Source of the DNA: Bacteroidota bacterium
GTDB taxonomy: Bacteria; Bacteroidota; Bacteroidia; Flavobacteriales_D; Sanyastnellaceae
NCBI GenBank assembly: GCA_039796595.1
Contig: JBDKJN010000470.1
Coordinates: 1 to 35,227, forward strand
DNA length: 35,227 nucleotides
Direction of reading: 5' to 3'
A program made the translations under genes and the position numbers. The notes under the pieces were generated by a model. It did not search any database. It was not told the origin of the DNA and saw nothing but the letters and a program-made list of their open reading frames with translations. Of this stretch, positions 1-9,500 are shown in pieces. Within the stretch, counting starts at the first letter, position 1, and the number at the start of each line of letters is the position of its first letter.

Positions 1-53
1 CCAACACATCACGCAGCCGAAGCCAAGATGTGTGAATAACAAAAACAATCATC

Positions 54-88
54 AAAAAAAACGCGCGGCCGTTGGCCGCGCGTTTTTT
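54..88. terminator. Bidirectional rho-independent terminator
   Basis: A8 (54-61), perfect 9-bp GC stem CGCGCGGCC (62-70), loop GTT, GGCCGCGCG (74-82), then T6 (83-88). Read on the minus strand it is followed by T8, 22 nt after the stop of the 110-2134 gene. Confidence 0.8.
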
Positions 89-109
89 ATTCAAAATCAT
101 TTGCAGTGG

Positions 110-334
110 TTATTTGCTAAATGTCTTTGATTGCCATTGACCATCAATTTCAATGCTGATGGTATAAAGCCCTGCAGGCAATTCTGCGATATTCAATTCT
201 AGTGCGGCAAGTCGTCCTTGAGTGATCAAACGACCTGTGCTGTCTATGACGCGATAATTCATGCCGGCAACGTTGCGGTCTCCTTTGAACTGAATGCGAT
301 CTGTCGCAGGATTCGGGTAAACGATCAATTCATT
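110..334 (-). other. T9SS type A C-terminal sorting domain (Por secretion tail)
   Basis: The last ~74 aa are NELIVYPNPATDRIQFKG...LPAGLYTISIEIDGQWQSKTFSK. This matches the vYPNPa...G.Y.v pattern of the Por_Secre_tail family. Confidence 0.8.
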
Positions 335-2134
335 CATATCGTTTTCTTCTACATTCACAGTGCTTCCCTCTACAATAGTCAAATGGGTATTGATCGATGG
401 ATTGTAGATGACATCTTCAATACCGCTCGGCCAACACACATGAATGCTTTCGATCTCGGTGTCTTGAGCTAAACCAAAATGCGCATTCAATGTTTGCATC
501 GGGCTAAACGCCTGGGCACTACGAACATCTCGAATCTGTGTTCCCAATGCACTATTCACCGTAATTCGAGCACCAATACCATTCTTATTGCTCTCGGTTC
601 CAACAGTGCTAACGATTAGCCAATTGTTGCCTTCCATGGTATTGTAATAAATTGTACCTCCCTCAAAGAAATCCATGTAGCCATCATGATTCAAATCGCC
701 TGCAGGTCCAGAGTAAAAAGGACAATCAGCAGGTGTGAAGGTCATATCTCCATCGTTGATCATAATCACACTGCCTAGACCTACCATGTCTACAAAACCG
801 TCATTATTAAAGTCACATGGGAAGTTTTCAATGCCCGTAGTTGTGATGTCTTCAATGCCTGATCCTTCGGTGATATTGGTGAATGTACCATCACCATTAT
901 TGATGTAAAACTTGTGTGAACCATTCCATGTGCTTGAGGCACCGATGACCACGTCCATATCTCCGTCGTTGTCATAATCGGCCCATGCCGAGGACCAAGT
1001 TTCTGATCCATCATTGATTCCAGCTGCAGGTGCTACGCTTGTAAAGTTTCCATTTCCATCATTGCGGTGCAATTGATCGATATTGTCACTGCCGCATTTA
1101 GCGATAAACAAATCCATATCGCAATCATTATCGTAGTCGATCCAAACGGAACCATAGTTGCCGCCGTTTTCCCCGAGTCCACCTTGATTATACGTAAAGC
1201 CTCCATTGCCATCGGAGATGTAAAATACATTGGCATCGACATCGTGACATACGAATGCATCAAGGATACCATCGTTGTTGATGTCTACCATATTGGTGCG
1301 TTGTGAGAAAATATACTCGTTGTCACTATAGTGCGTGTATCCTGTTCCATTGTCGTTGGCCATGATGATACTTGCACCACCACCACCTCCGTACAATAGG
1401 TCGTTGTAACCGTTGTTGTCTAAGTCACCTGCTGCAATACTCCAAGATGGGGCGTTGCTCACATTGCCAACGTTATAGGATTGACTGGTAAAGCTTCCGT
1501 CGGCTTGTTGGTAACGAATGGTGATTGAATTACCATTGACGAAGACGACATCATCGAGTTGGTCGTTGTTCATGTCGACAATACATTCGCTGGAGCCTGA
1601 GCCCGTGAGTGGTTCTGGATTAAAAGTGATGAGGGTAGGGAAGTCGGAACCACCGCCACCACCGCCGCCGCCACCAGACGGTTCACCTTCATATATTTCG
1701 AATTCCACTGGTGAAGCGACTTCCGCACCACCCCAGTACGTGTCGAAAACAATATAATAGGTTGTACCCGTGGTAGCCGAGAATACGGCATTCGACAGAT
1801 AACCACCGTTACTATCATCGCCGCTGCCAATACAAAGGAGATCGCCGCATGTACCTTCAAATACACTTATTCTTGTGTCAAGTCCAGCATTAGCGGGCAA
1901 AATAGTCGTTACCGTCATGGTGACATCATCCGTGGCAACGAAATAGTACCAAGAGAACATTAGTTCTGGTGTTAGCGCCAAACAATGTTCTGGTTGTGGT
2001 GTGTCGCTCCCTGTTATTTGTGTGCCGAAGTTGATGCCTTCAATGGCTTCTTCGGCCGTAGCGCAAGAGGTTTGAGCTTGTGAGAGACTGCTTACCTCCA
2101 TCAGGAAAATGGCAATGAGTTGGTTTGGTTTCAT
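110..2134 (-). CDS. T9SS-secreted FG-GAP/VCBS-repeat protein with ASPIC/UnbV-like region (CRTAC1-like)
   Basis: Track ORF is 110-2194. I trim it to ATG 2134 because MKPNQLIAIFLMEVSSLSQAQ reads as a signal peptide and this removes the overlap with the upstream stop at 2157. It has an N-terminal Cys-containing module (SWYYF...EGTCGDLLC...TYYIVFD) and a Gly9 linker. Repeated Dx[ND]xDGxxD motifs are present (DMNNDQLDD, DLDNNGYND, DINNDGILD, DYDNDCDMD, DYDNDGDMD, DFNNDGFVD, DLNHDGYMD). An NGIGARITV...RDVRS segment is typical of ASPIC/UnbV, followed by a type A sorting tail. Confidence 0.85.
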   Translation of the reverse strand: MKPNQLIAIFLMEVSSLSQAQTSCATAEEAIEGINFGTQITGSDTPQPEHCLALTPELMFSWYYFVATDDVTMTVTTILPANAGLDTRISVFEGTCGDLLCIGSGDDSNGGYLSNAVFSATTGTTYYIVFDTYWGGAEVASPVEFEIYEGEPSGGGGGGGGGSDFPTLITFNPEPLTGSGSSECIVDMNNDQLDDVVFVNGNSITIRYQQADGSFTSQSYNVGNVSNAPSWSIAAGDLDNNGYNDLLYGGGGGASIIMANDNGTGYTHYSDNEYIFSQRTNMVDINNDGILDAFVCHDVDANVFYISDGNGGFTYNQGGLGENGGNYGSVWIDYDNDCDMDLFIAKCGSDNIDQLHRNDGNGNFTSVAPAAGINDGSETWSSAWADYDNDGDMDVVIGASSTWNGSHKFYINNGDGTFTNITEGSGIEDITTTGIENFPCDFNNDGFVDMVGLGSVIMINDGDMTFTPADCPFYSGPAGDLNHDGYMDFFEGGTIYYNTMEGNNWLIVSTVGTESNKNGIGARITVNSALGTQIRDVRSAQAFSPMQTLNAHFGLAQDTEIESIHVCWPSGIEDVIYNPSINTHLTIVEGSTVNVEENDMNELIVYPNPATDRIQFKGDRNVAGMNYRVIDSTGRLITQGRLAALELNIAELPAGLYTISIEIDGQWQSKTFSK
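1649..1675 (-). repeat. Nine consecutive glycine codons (mixed GGT/GGC) forming an interdomain linker
   Basis: Plus strand reads acc acc gcc acc acc gcc gcc gcc acc, which is G9 in the minus-strand frame (EGEPSGGGGGGGGGSDFP). Confidence 0.9.
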
Positions 2135-2156
2135 GTCCTTAGGTATTAAAGGGTTA

Positions 2157-3260
2157 TTAGTTGCATGCTGGACTGAGGCTACTGATGTATTCATTCATCA
2201 TTTGCACAGCCTCTTCGTGTATGATGGTTCTGCCCATGAGTGGCATCCGATATTGTTGGTCGGTCGTATTCATTCGGAAATACATTACAGAGCGATTGAT
2301 ATTTCCACGAGCGATATTATGGGTTAACGTGTTGTTGATGAACTCTTGCGGAGTTTGACAAACACCCAATTGATCAGGGTTTCCGGTTTCATTAAACTCA
2401 AGTCGCAACGGACGGTAATAGCAATGACCTTCTTCGCGATGGCAATAAGAGCAGTTGGCATCCAGGTAGGAGCGTACACGTAGCTCCAGTTCTTGTGATT
2501 CATCCGTCCAGTCCACCGTCGAAACGATAGAAAATGGGAGTTCACCCGTCAAATAGCCTACTTCTTGCCATTTGGTCAGTTGGTTTTTTGCACCTTCCAG
2601 GTAGGTATAAACCTTATTGAGATTCTGTGGCTTAGGTCCAATAGGATTGTTCTGACCGTTGGATTTATGGCAGGTGAAACACTCAACATCCGAAGGTATT
2701 CTGAAGTTAACGCTTTTTTCCGACCCGTCATCATGGATCCAGGTCAGTGATACATATTCGCCATCGAGGCTGAATGTTGCTTCTGTTTGTTCTTCATTCC
2801 AGATATAATCGGCAAAAATCCATGCGCCATTTTTCCGAATCATCAATCGAGTTTCTAGGATGCGGCGTTCATCTTGAGGTTGAACGTGATCGTAATAGAA
2901 ATTTTTGATCAAAACTGTCCCATCAGGAAAGTTGAGCAGGTTGTCGTCGCCGGCATACGTAGCACTTACACCGCTGGGCATCCAAACAAATCGGCTCTTG
3001 TGCGCGTAGTCGCTGAATAGAGGGGTAATTGGCTCGTAAGGAAGAACACGTGCGTTTGGAGACAAATTTTTCATTGTGCCCGTGAAAAATCGATAGTCGC
3101 TGAGTTTGTTGTAAGGTACTTGGTTGATGTCAAATACAACACCAGTGCTTGGAGGCACTGGAGTGGGTTCTTCATCTTCCTCGTCCTTCTTACAGGTTAC
3201 AAGAAAAATTGCGATACAGATGAGTAATCCGACAAGAGTGTATCGTTTTGATAATTGCAT
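2157..3260 (-). CDS. Lipoprotein with two CxxCH heme-c motifs (putative diheme c-type cytochrome, SO_2930-like family from memory)
   Basis: N-terminus MQLSKRYTLVGLLICIAIFLVTC followed by KKDEEDEE. CFTCH is encoded at 2667-2681 and CSYCH at 2439-2453. Conserved-looking LSDYRFF...PY...PLFSDYAHKSR and C-terminal RMPLMGRT segments recall the HNE_0200/SO_2930 family. The gene stops 22 nt before the next gene. Confidence 0.65.
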   Translation of the reverse strand: MQLSKRYTLVGLLICIAIFLVTCKKDEEDEEPTPVPPSTGVVFDINQVPYNKLSDYRFFTGTMKNLSPNARVLPYEPITPLFSDYAHKSRFVWMPSGVSATYAGDDNLLNFPDGTVLIKNFYYDHVQPQDERRILETRLMIRKNGAWIFADYIWNEEQTEATFSLDGEYVSLTWIHDDGSEKSVNFRIPSDVECFTCHKSNGQNNPIGPKPQNLNKVYTYLEGAKNQLTKWQEVGYLTGELPFSIVSTVDWTDESQELELRVRSYLDANCSYCHREEGHCYYRPLRLEFNETGNPDQLGVCQTPQEFINNTLTHNIARGNINRSVMYFRMNTTDQQYRMPLMGRTIIHEEAVQMMNEYISSLSPACN

Positions 3261-3635
3261 AAATTTCCCTTACATATTCTTAGACGTAATCAAGATACAT
3301 TTACCTTGGGTGCAGTTGCACAATCTTTTGTGTAAACGGGGTTAATTCTTGTGTTTTTGATTGTCTATGGCGAAGACATATTCGAATAAACGGCCGTTTT
3401 TTGTCATTTCTTCCATAGCTGAAAGCATTGAATAGCAAGTAAAACCTCATATTCGGCTGAGAAATTTGGATTGAAATTGAATTGGAATCCTATGGATTTG
3501 AAAATAGTTCAAATATTCGGATATTCGAATTTGGTTAACTATTCTCAAAGCTGACATCGAGGGATACGAAATGATGCCTGTTCGGTAGTATTTTCGCACC
3601 GTTAAATCGGCTTGCCGACCCAATATTATTACGTT

Positions 3636-6077
3636 ATGACGATCTCTTACCAATGGCTCCGCCAATACATCGATACATCATTAAGCGCTGAACAAATTGC
3701 TGAAGTGCTCACTTCCATTGGATTGGAGGTAGAGTCGATGGAGCAGGTAGACGCTGTTATGGGTGGCCTGAAAGGCGTCGTGGTGGGTGAGGTCTTGACC
3801 TGCGATAAACACCCGGATGCAGATCGTCTACGTCTAACCACGGTTCGCGTAGATGATGGAGACCCGCTTCAAATCGTATGTGGCGCACCCAATGTGGCCG
3901 CTGGTCAAAAGGTACTGGTTGCAACAATTGGTGCAAAAATTTACCCTTCAGAAGGTGAACCTTTTGTGATCAAAAAGGGAAAAATCAGAGGTGCTGAATC
4001 CCATGGTATGATCTGCGCTGAGGATGAATTGGGACTAGGACAGTCGCACGATGGAATTATGGTGTTGGCTGCCGAAGCAACGGTTGGGACGCCTGCTGCA
4101 TCTCATTTAGGAATTGAGTCAGATATTGCCATATCCATCGGTCTTACGCCAAATAGAACCGATGCTTTTTCACATTTTGGAGTTGCACGCGATTTGTATG
4201 CCGCCCTTCAAAATATGCCGGATAGCAAGGATACCCAGTCAAAATTAAAAACTGTTGTTTCTCCTGAATTAAGTAATCAGTTGCCCCCTTGTCCGATTAC
4301 TGTTACTGCAGAGAATGGCGCTTTAGCCACGACTTATTCTGGTGTCGTAATTTCTGGAGTGAGTGTTGGTCCGTCACCTGAGTGGTTGAAAAAACGATTG
4401 GCTACCATCGGCGTCAAGTCCATCAACGCAATTGTCGACGTAACCAATTACGTTCAACATGAATTGGGTCAACCTGTTCATGCCTTTGATGCAGATCGTT
4501 TGAGAGGAAATGCGATTCAGTTGCGCATGGCAGCCGAAGGTGAAACATTGGTAACCTTGGATCAAACGGAGCGCAAGCTTTCTACTGCTGATCTCATAAT
4601 TGCAGATGGTGAAGGTCCAATTTGTTTGGCAGGTGTATTGGGCGGATTGGATAGCGGTGTCAGTGATGCCACTACTTCACTATTTATTGAGTCTGCCTGT
4701 TTTAACTCGGTATTGGTGCGTAAAACAGCGCGCAGACATACGCTCAATACAGATGCTTCATTCCGTTTTGAGCGTGGCACAGATCCTCAAATGCCGGCAT
4801 TGGCATTGCAGCGAACAGTGGAGTTGATCCTTCAAGTTGCGGGCGGTAAGGTCGAATCATCGCCGGCTGTTGCTGTGGATGAAGTTCCCGCTCCTGCACG
4901 GATCACCACGTCCATTGGTTATATGCATCAATTGATTGGTTTTGCAATTCCTGCTGAGACGATTGTTTCGATTCTAAATAATTTGGATATACGCATCCTT
5001 CGTCAAGAAGGAGAACAATTGGAGCTGGAGTTGCCACTCTACCGAACGGACGTTCGGCGCCCTGCTGATGTAGTGGAAGAGGTGCTTCGCATTTATGGCT
5101 ACAATCATATTCCTTTCCCTAAAGGATTGCGTACCTCATTGAGTTTCCCTGCACAGCCTGATCCCGAGAGCATTCAGCGCAAAGTATCGGATGCCTTGTG
5201 TTCCATTGGTTTTCATGAGGCCATGAGCATGTCCTTGACCAAAGCCAGTTATGCAACCTTAGTAGAGGATGAAGCATATACAGAAGCTCGCGCAGTGTCG
5301 ATTCTTAATCCACTTAGTGGTGATTTGGCGCATATGCGTACCACCTTGTTGTATTCAGGTTTGGAGAATTTGGCCTACAATCAAAACCATCGTCAGGTGG
5401 ATTTGCGTTTGTTTGAATTCGGCAAAGAGTACCGCACAAAGGACCAGCGCTATTTTGAAGAGATGCATTTGGGCTTGTTCATGACGGGTCGTCGCAACAA
5501 TGAAAGTTGGAACAATACATCGGACAAAACTGATTTTTATAATTTAAAAGGTGCTGTAGAGCATATCTTGGGCATCATGGGCATAGCAGTAACGCCGAAA
5601 GAAGCGACGCATGTGCACTTCGATCAGATGATGGAATTGCACGCTGGTAAAAAATGTGTGGCGCGATTGGGTGTTGTGAAAGAAGATTTGCAACGTCGTT
5701 TCGATGTGAAGCAGACGGTGTATTACGCGGATATACTATGGGAAAATGCGATTGCATCAGTCTCTAAATCATATGTGAAATACGAGGCCCCTGAAAAATT
5801 CCCAGCGGTTCGTCGCGATTTAAGTTTGTTGTTGGATAGCGCGATCACCTTTGAGCAGATTCGCAGCACGGCTCAAGATACAGAGCGTAAATTGTTGCGC
5901 AAGGTGGAATTGTTCGATGTGTATGAAGGTAAGAATTTGGATGCAGGCAAGAAGTCCTATGCAGTGAGTTTTACTCTACAGGATCCAACCAAAACCATGA
6001 CGGATCAGCAAACCGAAGCGATCATGAAGAGGATCCTTGATGCCTTGATAAGCAAGTTGGGTGCGAGTTTGCGTTAG
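3636..6077 (+). CDS. pheT: Phenylalanine--tRNA ligase beta subunit
   Basis: Track ORF starts at TTG 3612. I use ATG 3636 because MTISYQWLRQYI is the canonical PheT N-terminus. The tRNA-binding domain (VVVGEVLTCDKHPDADRLRLTTV...IVCGAPN), B3/4, B5 and C-terminal FDX-ACB-like (YAVSFTLQDPTKTMTD) regions are recognisable. Confidence 0.95.
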   Translation: MTISYQWLRQYIDTSLSAEQIAEVLTSIGLEVESMEQVDAVMGGLKGVVVGEVLTCDKHPDADRLRLTTVRVDDGDPLQIVCGAPNVAAGQKVLVATIGAKIYPSEGEPFVIKKGKIRGAESHGMICAEDELGLGQSHDGIMVLAAEATVGTPAASHLGIESDIAISIGLTPNRTDAFSHFGVARDLYAALQNMPDSKDTQSKLKTVVSPELSNQLPPCPITVTAENGALATTYSGVVISGVSVGPSPEWLKKRLATIGVKSINAIVDVTNYVQHELGQPVHAFDADRLRGNAIQLRMAAEGETLVTLDQTERKLSTADLIIADGEGPICLAGVLGGLDSGVSDATTSLFIESACFNSVLVRKTARRHTLNTDASFRFERGTDPQMPALALQRTVELILQVAGGKVESSPAVAVDEVPAPARITTSIGYMHQLIGFAIPAETIVSILNNLDIRILRQEGEQLELELPLYRTDVRRPADVVEEVLRIYGYNHIPFPKGLRTSLSFPAQPDPESIQRKVSDALCSIGFHEAMSMSLTKASYATLVEDEAYTEARAVSILNPLSGDLAHMRTTLLYSGLENLAYNQNHRQVDLRLFEFGKEYRTKDQRYFEEMHLGLFMTGRRNNESWNNTSDKTDFYNLKGAVEHILGIMGIAVTPKEATHVHFDQMMELHAGKKCVARLGVVKEDLQRRFDVKQTVYYADILWENAIASVSKSYVKYEAPEKFPAVRRDLSLLLDSAITFEQIRSTAQDTERKLLRKVELFDVYEGKNLDAGKKSYAVSFTLQDPTKTMTDQQTEAIMKRILDALISKLGASLR

Positions 6078-6149
6078 TTTTCTACAGGTGTTTTTTGGCA
6101 CTATGCTTCATGGAGCATTAAGACGAATGCGTATTTATTGTAAAGTAGC

Positions 6150-6329
6150 TTATTGGAATTGAAGATCTGAAGGCTTGCAATCTTTCTGAATGGCTAGATA
6201 AGCATTAAACTCATCGTAATCGGTATTGATGCCGGCAACGGGCGACCAATTGAGCCATTCAAATCCCTGTGAAAAGATAGAGTTACTGGATAAAAAGCAG
6301 AGTCCAATGAAAAGAAGAACGCGTGCCAT
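6150..6329 (-). CDS. Small secreted hypothetical protein (59 aa)
   Basis: Track ORF is 6150-6434. The internal ATG at 6329 gives MARVLLFIGLCFLSSNSIFSQ, which is signal-peptide-like, plus a 38-aa mature part. A TAnnTTTG box lies 18 nt upstream. I recognise no homology. Confidence 0.4.
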   Translation of the reverse strand: MARVLLFIGLCFLSSNSIFSQGFEWLNWSPVAGINTDYDEFNAYLAIQKDCKPSDLQFQ

Positions 6330-6346
6330 GATGATTGGATTTAGTT

Positions 6347-6354
6347 CAAAAATA
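6347..6354 (-). promoter_or_regulatory. Candidate Bacteroidetes -7 promoter box (TATTTTTG)
   Basis: Plus strand caaaaata is TATTTTTG on the minus strand, matching TAnnTTTG, 18 nt upstream of ATG 6329. No -33 TTTG was found. The motif is short and could occur by chance. Confidence 0.3.
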
Positions 6355-6559
6355 ATGGTTTTGGGAAATGATTGATAGACAATGAGAAGATTGCTTTGTA
6401 TTTCCATGCTGTGACGCTTTTTATAAGCATGCATAATGTGCGCTGCGTCCTTTTTAAGTCAAATGTATTACCTCCTTTGCCTCCAAATTCCTTTATATTC
6501 GCAGTATCCGAACGACTTGGGTTTTGTTTGGCTTTAACGCGATACCTTGATTAAAAAAA

Positions 6560-9500
6560 ATGAAGCTTTCGAACTACTTCTTGTTGGTAGTGTTGCTAGC
6601 AATTTTGGGCATAAACCAAGGTTTTGCTCAGGCTCCAGTGAATGACAATTGCCAAAATGCTACAGTGATTCCCATCAGTGGTAATGGCTATGATATCGGC
6701 ACATTTGTCTCATTACCATCTGATTTGACAAGCGCAACAATACAGAGTGGAGAATACTTTGATTCATCTATCCCATTGACATTACAAAGTGGTTCTGTGT
6801 GGTATTCTTTCAGTTTGCCAACCGCACGAGGTTGCGACTTATTAGTAGAAGAACCCACAGGTATCGATAATTTCTCTTCGGCATTTGCGGGTTTCGCTCT
6901 GTATCGTTCCAATACCTGTTTCCCAGGGTTTGACGAAATACAAGACGCACGACTTGTGCCGCAGGGCGCATTAGGCCATAGCGTGAATCCTTGTCTGTTG
7001 CCAGGAAATTACCTACTGCAAGTGGTGTGCAATCAAGCTTTCAATGGGCCAATAGCTGTGACATTAACACTCACAGAACCTTCACCAGCACCATACGATT
7101 TTCAGACTAATGCAGGTGATTTAGGTGTGCTTACAAATTGTGCAAGTTCTCTAGTGTTTAATGCAGGATGTTTGACCATTGACGATAATAATGAATTTTA
7201 TCCAGGGCTTGGTACTGATTCGTCTGAATACACGCAAAGCGCCTGGTTTACCTTCACAACTCCAGCAGCCTTCGATGAATTGGCAATTAATTTTGTTCCA
7301 ACGGCAAGCTATGTATACAGCACCACTGAAACGGCATTTGCTTACAACCTCTACCAAGGGGATGTGCATGCTGTAGATTATACGACCTTGACCGAAGTAG
7401 ACAGTGAAATTTACAATTTGTACAGTGTTTATGCTCTTCATCCCGGTTTCTCCTACCGTTGCGGTGAGCTGCTTCCCAATACGACGTATAGTTTGCGATT
7501 TATTATGCATCACACTGTAGACGAAGACTTACAGGTTGTGGTTCACGCTTGGGGCGGAACGCCTACGGTTGCGCCAACACCGTTAAATGTTCCAGCCCCA
7601 AATGCACTTGGGGCCTTGGCAGATGGAGTGACAAATGCGAGTGATTGGTTTGCCTGCAACGCACGAATGGAACTCAATGATTGTGGTACCCCAAATCCAG
7701 ATACAGGTATTTGGATAGGGGCATCACTATACAATTTATCCGATTGGTTTACATTTGAATTGACAACGACTTCGAATATCACGGTCAGTGGAAACTGTTG
7801 GTCGCCTGCATATAATGATGTATATTTAAGATTATTTTCTGATGTGGCTACTGCCTCCTGCGGCGACCTCAATTATCCTTCCGATCGAGTAATTGAAGGT
7901 CATAATTCCATTACAAAATATTGTTTGCTTCCGGGCACGTATTCGGTGCAAGTTCTTGGACGATCGTATGACGAATTGGGTCTGTGGTACTGGGACGCTT
8001 GCAATTACTTTAGTGATGGACAATTGGGTAGGCCATTGAATATTTCAATCAATGTGGTATCAACGGTGGACATCAATCAATTTGCGCTGCAGAACGCAGG
8101 CGATTTCGATCCAATTAATAATATGAATGATTTGCCTGTCGGTGTGCCGATCACTTCACAAGTAGATGTATTTGGTTGTGCCAATACTTTGATGCCAGAC
8201 ACAACAATATGCGATAATGATTATTACAATTCATGGGATCCTAACCGCAAGGCCATGTACAGGCAATTTACCATAGGCGATGGTGATTTGGATTTGCAAC
8301 CAGACAGCGGTATAATAACGATTGTTAGTGGAAATGAATACGCTTATAATTATCGCTTGTATCGTGGTAATGCGAACAGTTTAGCAACTTCTCAGGGTGT
8401 TCAAGCTGCCGGAGAGTGGATTTCGGGATTGGAACCAGTTTCTGAATGTATGTATCATGGAAACAATGATTATTGTTGTAATGGTTACGATTACCAAGTG
8501 TGTGTCACACCGGGAGAATACACTTTAGTTACGTTTGGTGACTCCACCGACATCGCACTATCAGACCAAGTGACAGTGCAATTTGATTTGGTTACGAATC
8601 TCTTTGATTCACCTTCTGAAGCTGAGGTTTTAGGTGATATTTGGCTTGCTACGGGAGCGGCAGGTGGCACAGTGACCTCAACCACTGATCATTTCGGATG
8701 TCACGACAACGCTATTGATCTCAATGGTTCTGCTCCATGTGGAACCAAAGCGATATACCGTGAATTTTATTTGAGCGAAGCTTCTCTTGTCAGTATCTCG
8801 ACGAATCCATTGGGCTGTTGGTGGGGTTGTGCTTATGCTCCGTTTACGGTATTCGAAGGTAGGGTGTCACAAGACATTGCAGGTCTAAACCCATTGTGGA
8901 GTTGTGTTGCAAACGCGAATACAGGTCCATGTATACCGCTTGACGCGGGTTGGTATTCTGTTGTTTCTTATATTGATGGGCCTACATATGAGGATCCACT
9001 CTCCAATTCTTTGGGAACGACCGGAAACGGAATAGGAATGCCGAATATTATTTATATCAATGTCACTCCACCTGGTCAGTTATCACAATACAATCGCCCA
9101 CACAAAGCTTGTAATACGTTGAATAATGGTGATCCTGCCGTCATTACATGGGGGCCAAATGAAGGAGACAATCAATGGGAGAGCACAGACAATATGTATT
9201 ATCTATGTACCGAATATTTTGGATGTTCCAATGATACACCATGGGTAAGTCATCCTATTGTGCCTTGCAATACCGGTCATACGAAAGTTGCGTATTATGT
9301 TTTTACAACAACTCAAAATTCTTATCTCGCCATCAATACAGGAAATTTTGAGTCACAACTTTTTAATTTTGATGTGCGTATTGACTCTTTGTTGCTGCCA
9401 ACAACAACTGCTATTCAACCATGTGCCTATGGTATGCAATTTTGTGATCTTCCAGCAGGAACTTATACACTAGTTATTTGGGCTTCCGATGCAAACTATG

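Noticed and set aside
1-39. A possible 3' end of a plus-strand gene before the first terminator (stops at 33-35 or 37-39)
   Set aside because: Only ~12 codons are visible, so neither frame nor product can be supported.
1649-1675. The Gly9 codon tract as a slipped-strand phase-variation site
   Set aside because: The codons are a GGT/GGC mixture, not a homopolymer or perfect trinucleotide repeat, and any slippage in units of 3 stays in frame.
2135-2194. Longer N-termini offered by the track (ATG 2194, TTG 3612, GTG 29521, ATG 6434)
   Set aside because: Internal ATGs give canonical N-termini or signal peptides and remove gene overlaps. The extensions have no signal-like or conserved character.
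3365-3418. CTATGG...CCATAG imperfect hairpin enclosing the palindrome AAACGGCCGTTT plus a T-run (3388-3402), considered as an orphan terminator or small RNA
   Set aside because: The inner palindrome leaves no room for a loop, allowing at best a 4-bp A/U stem. The outer stem is interrupted and no upstream plus-strand gene needs a terminator there. It is kept only as context for the ATATTCG cluster.
3447-3665. The 72-aa minus-strand ORF, and the 104-aa ORF at 17599-17913 (-)
   Set aside because: They overlap the starts of pheT, or of the ald-family and small membrane genes, on the opposite strand. They have no recognisable features.
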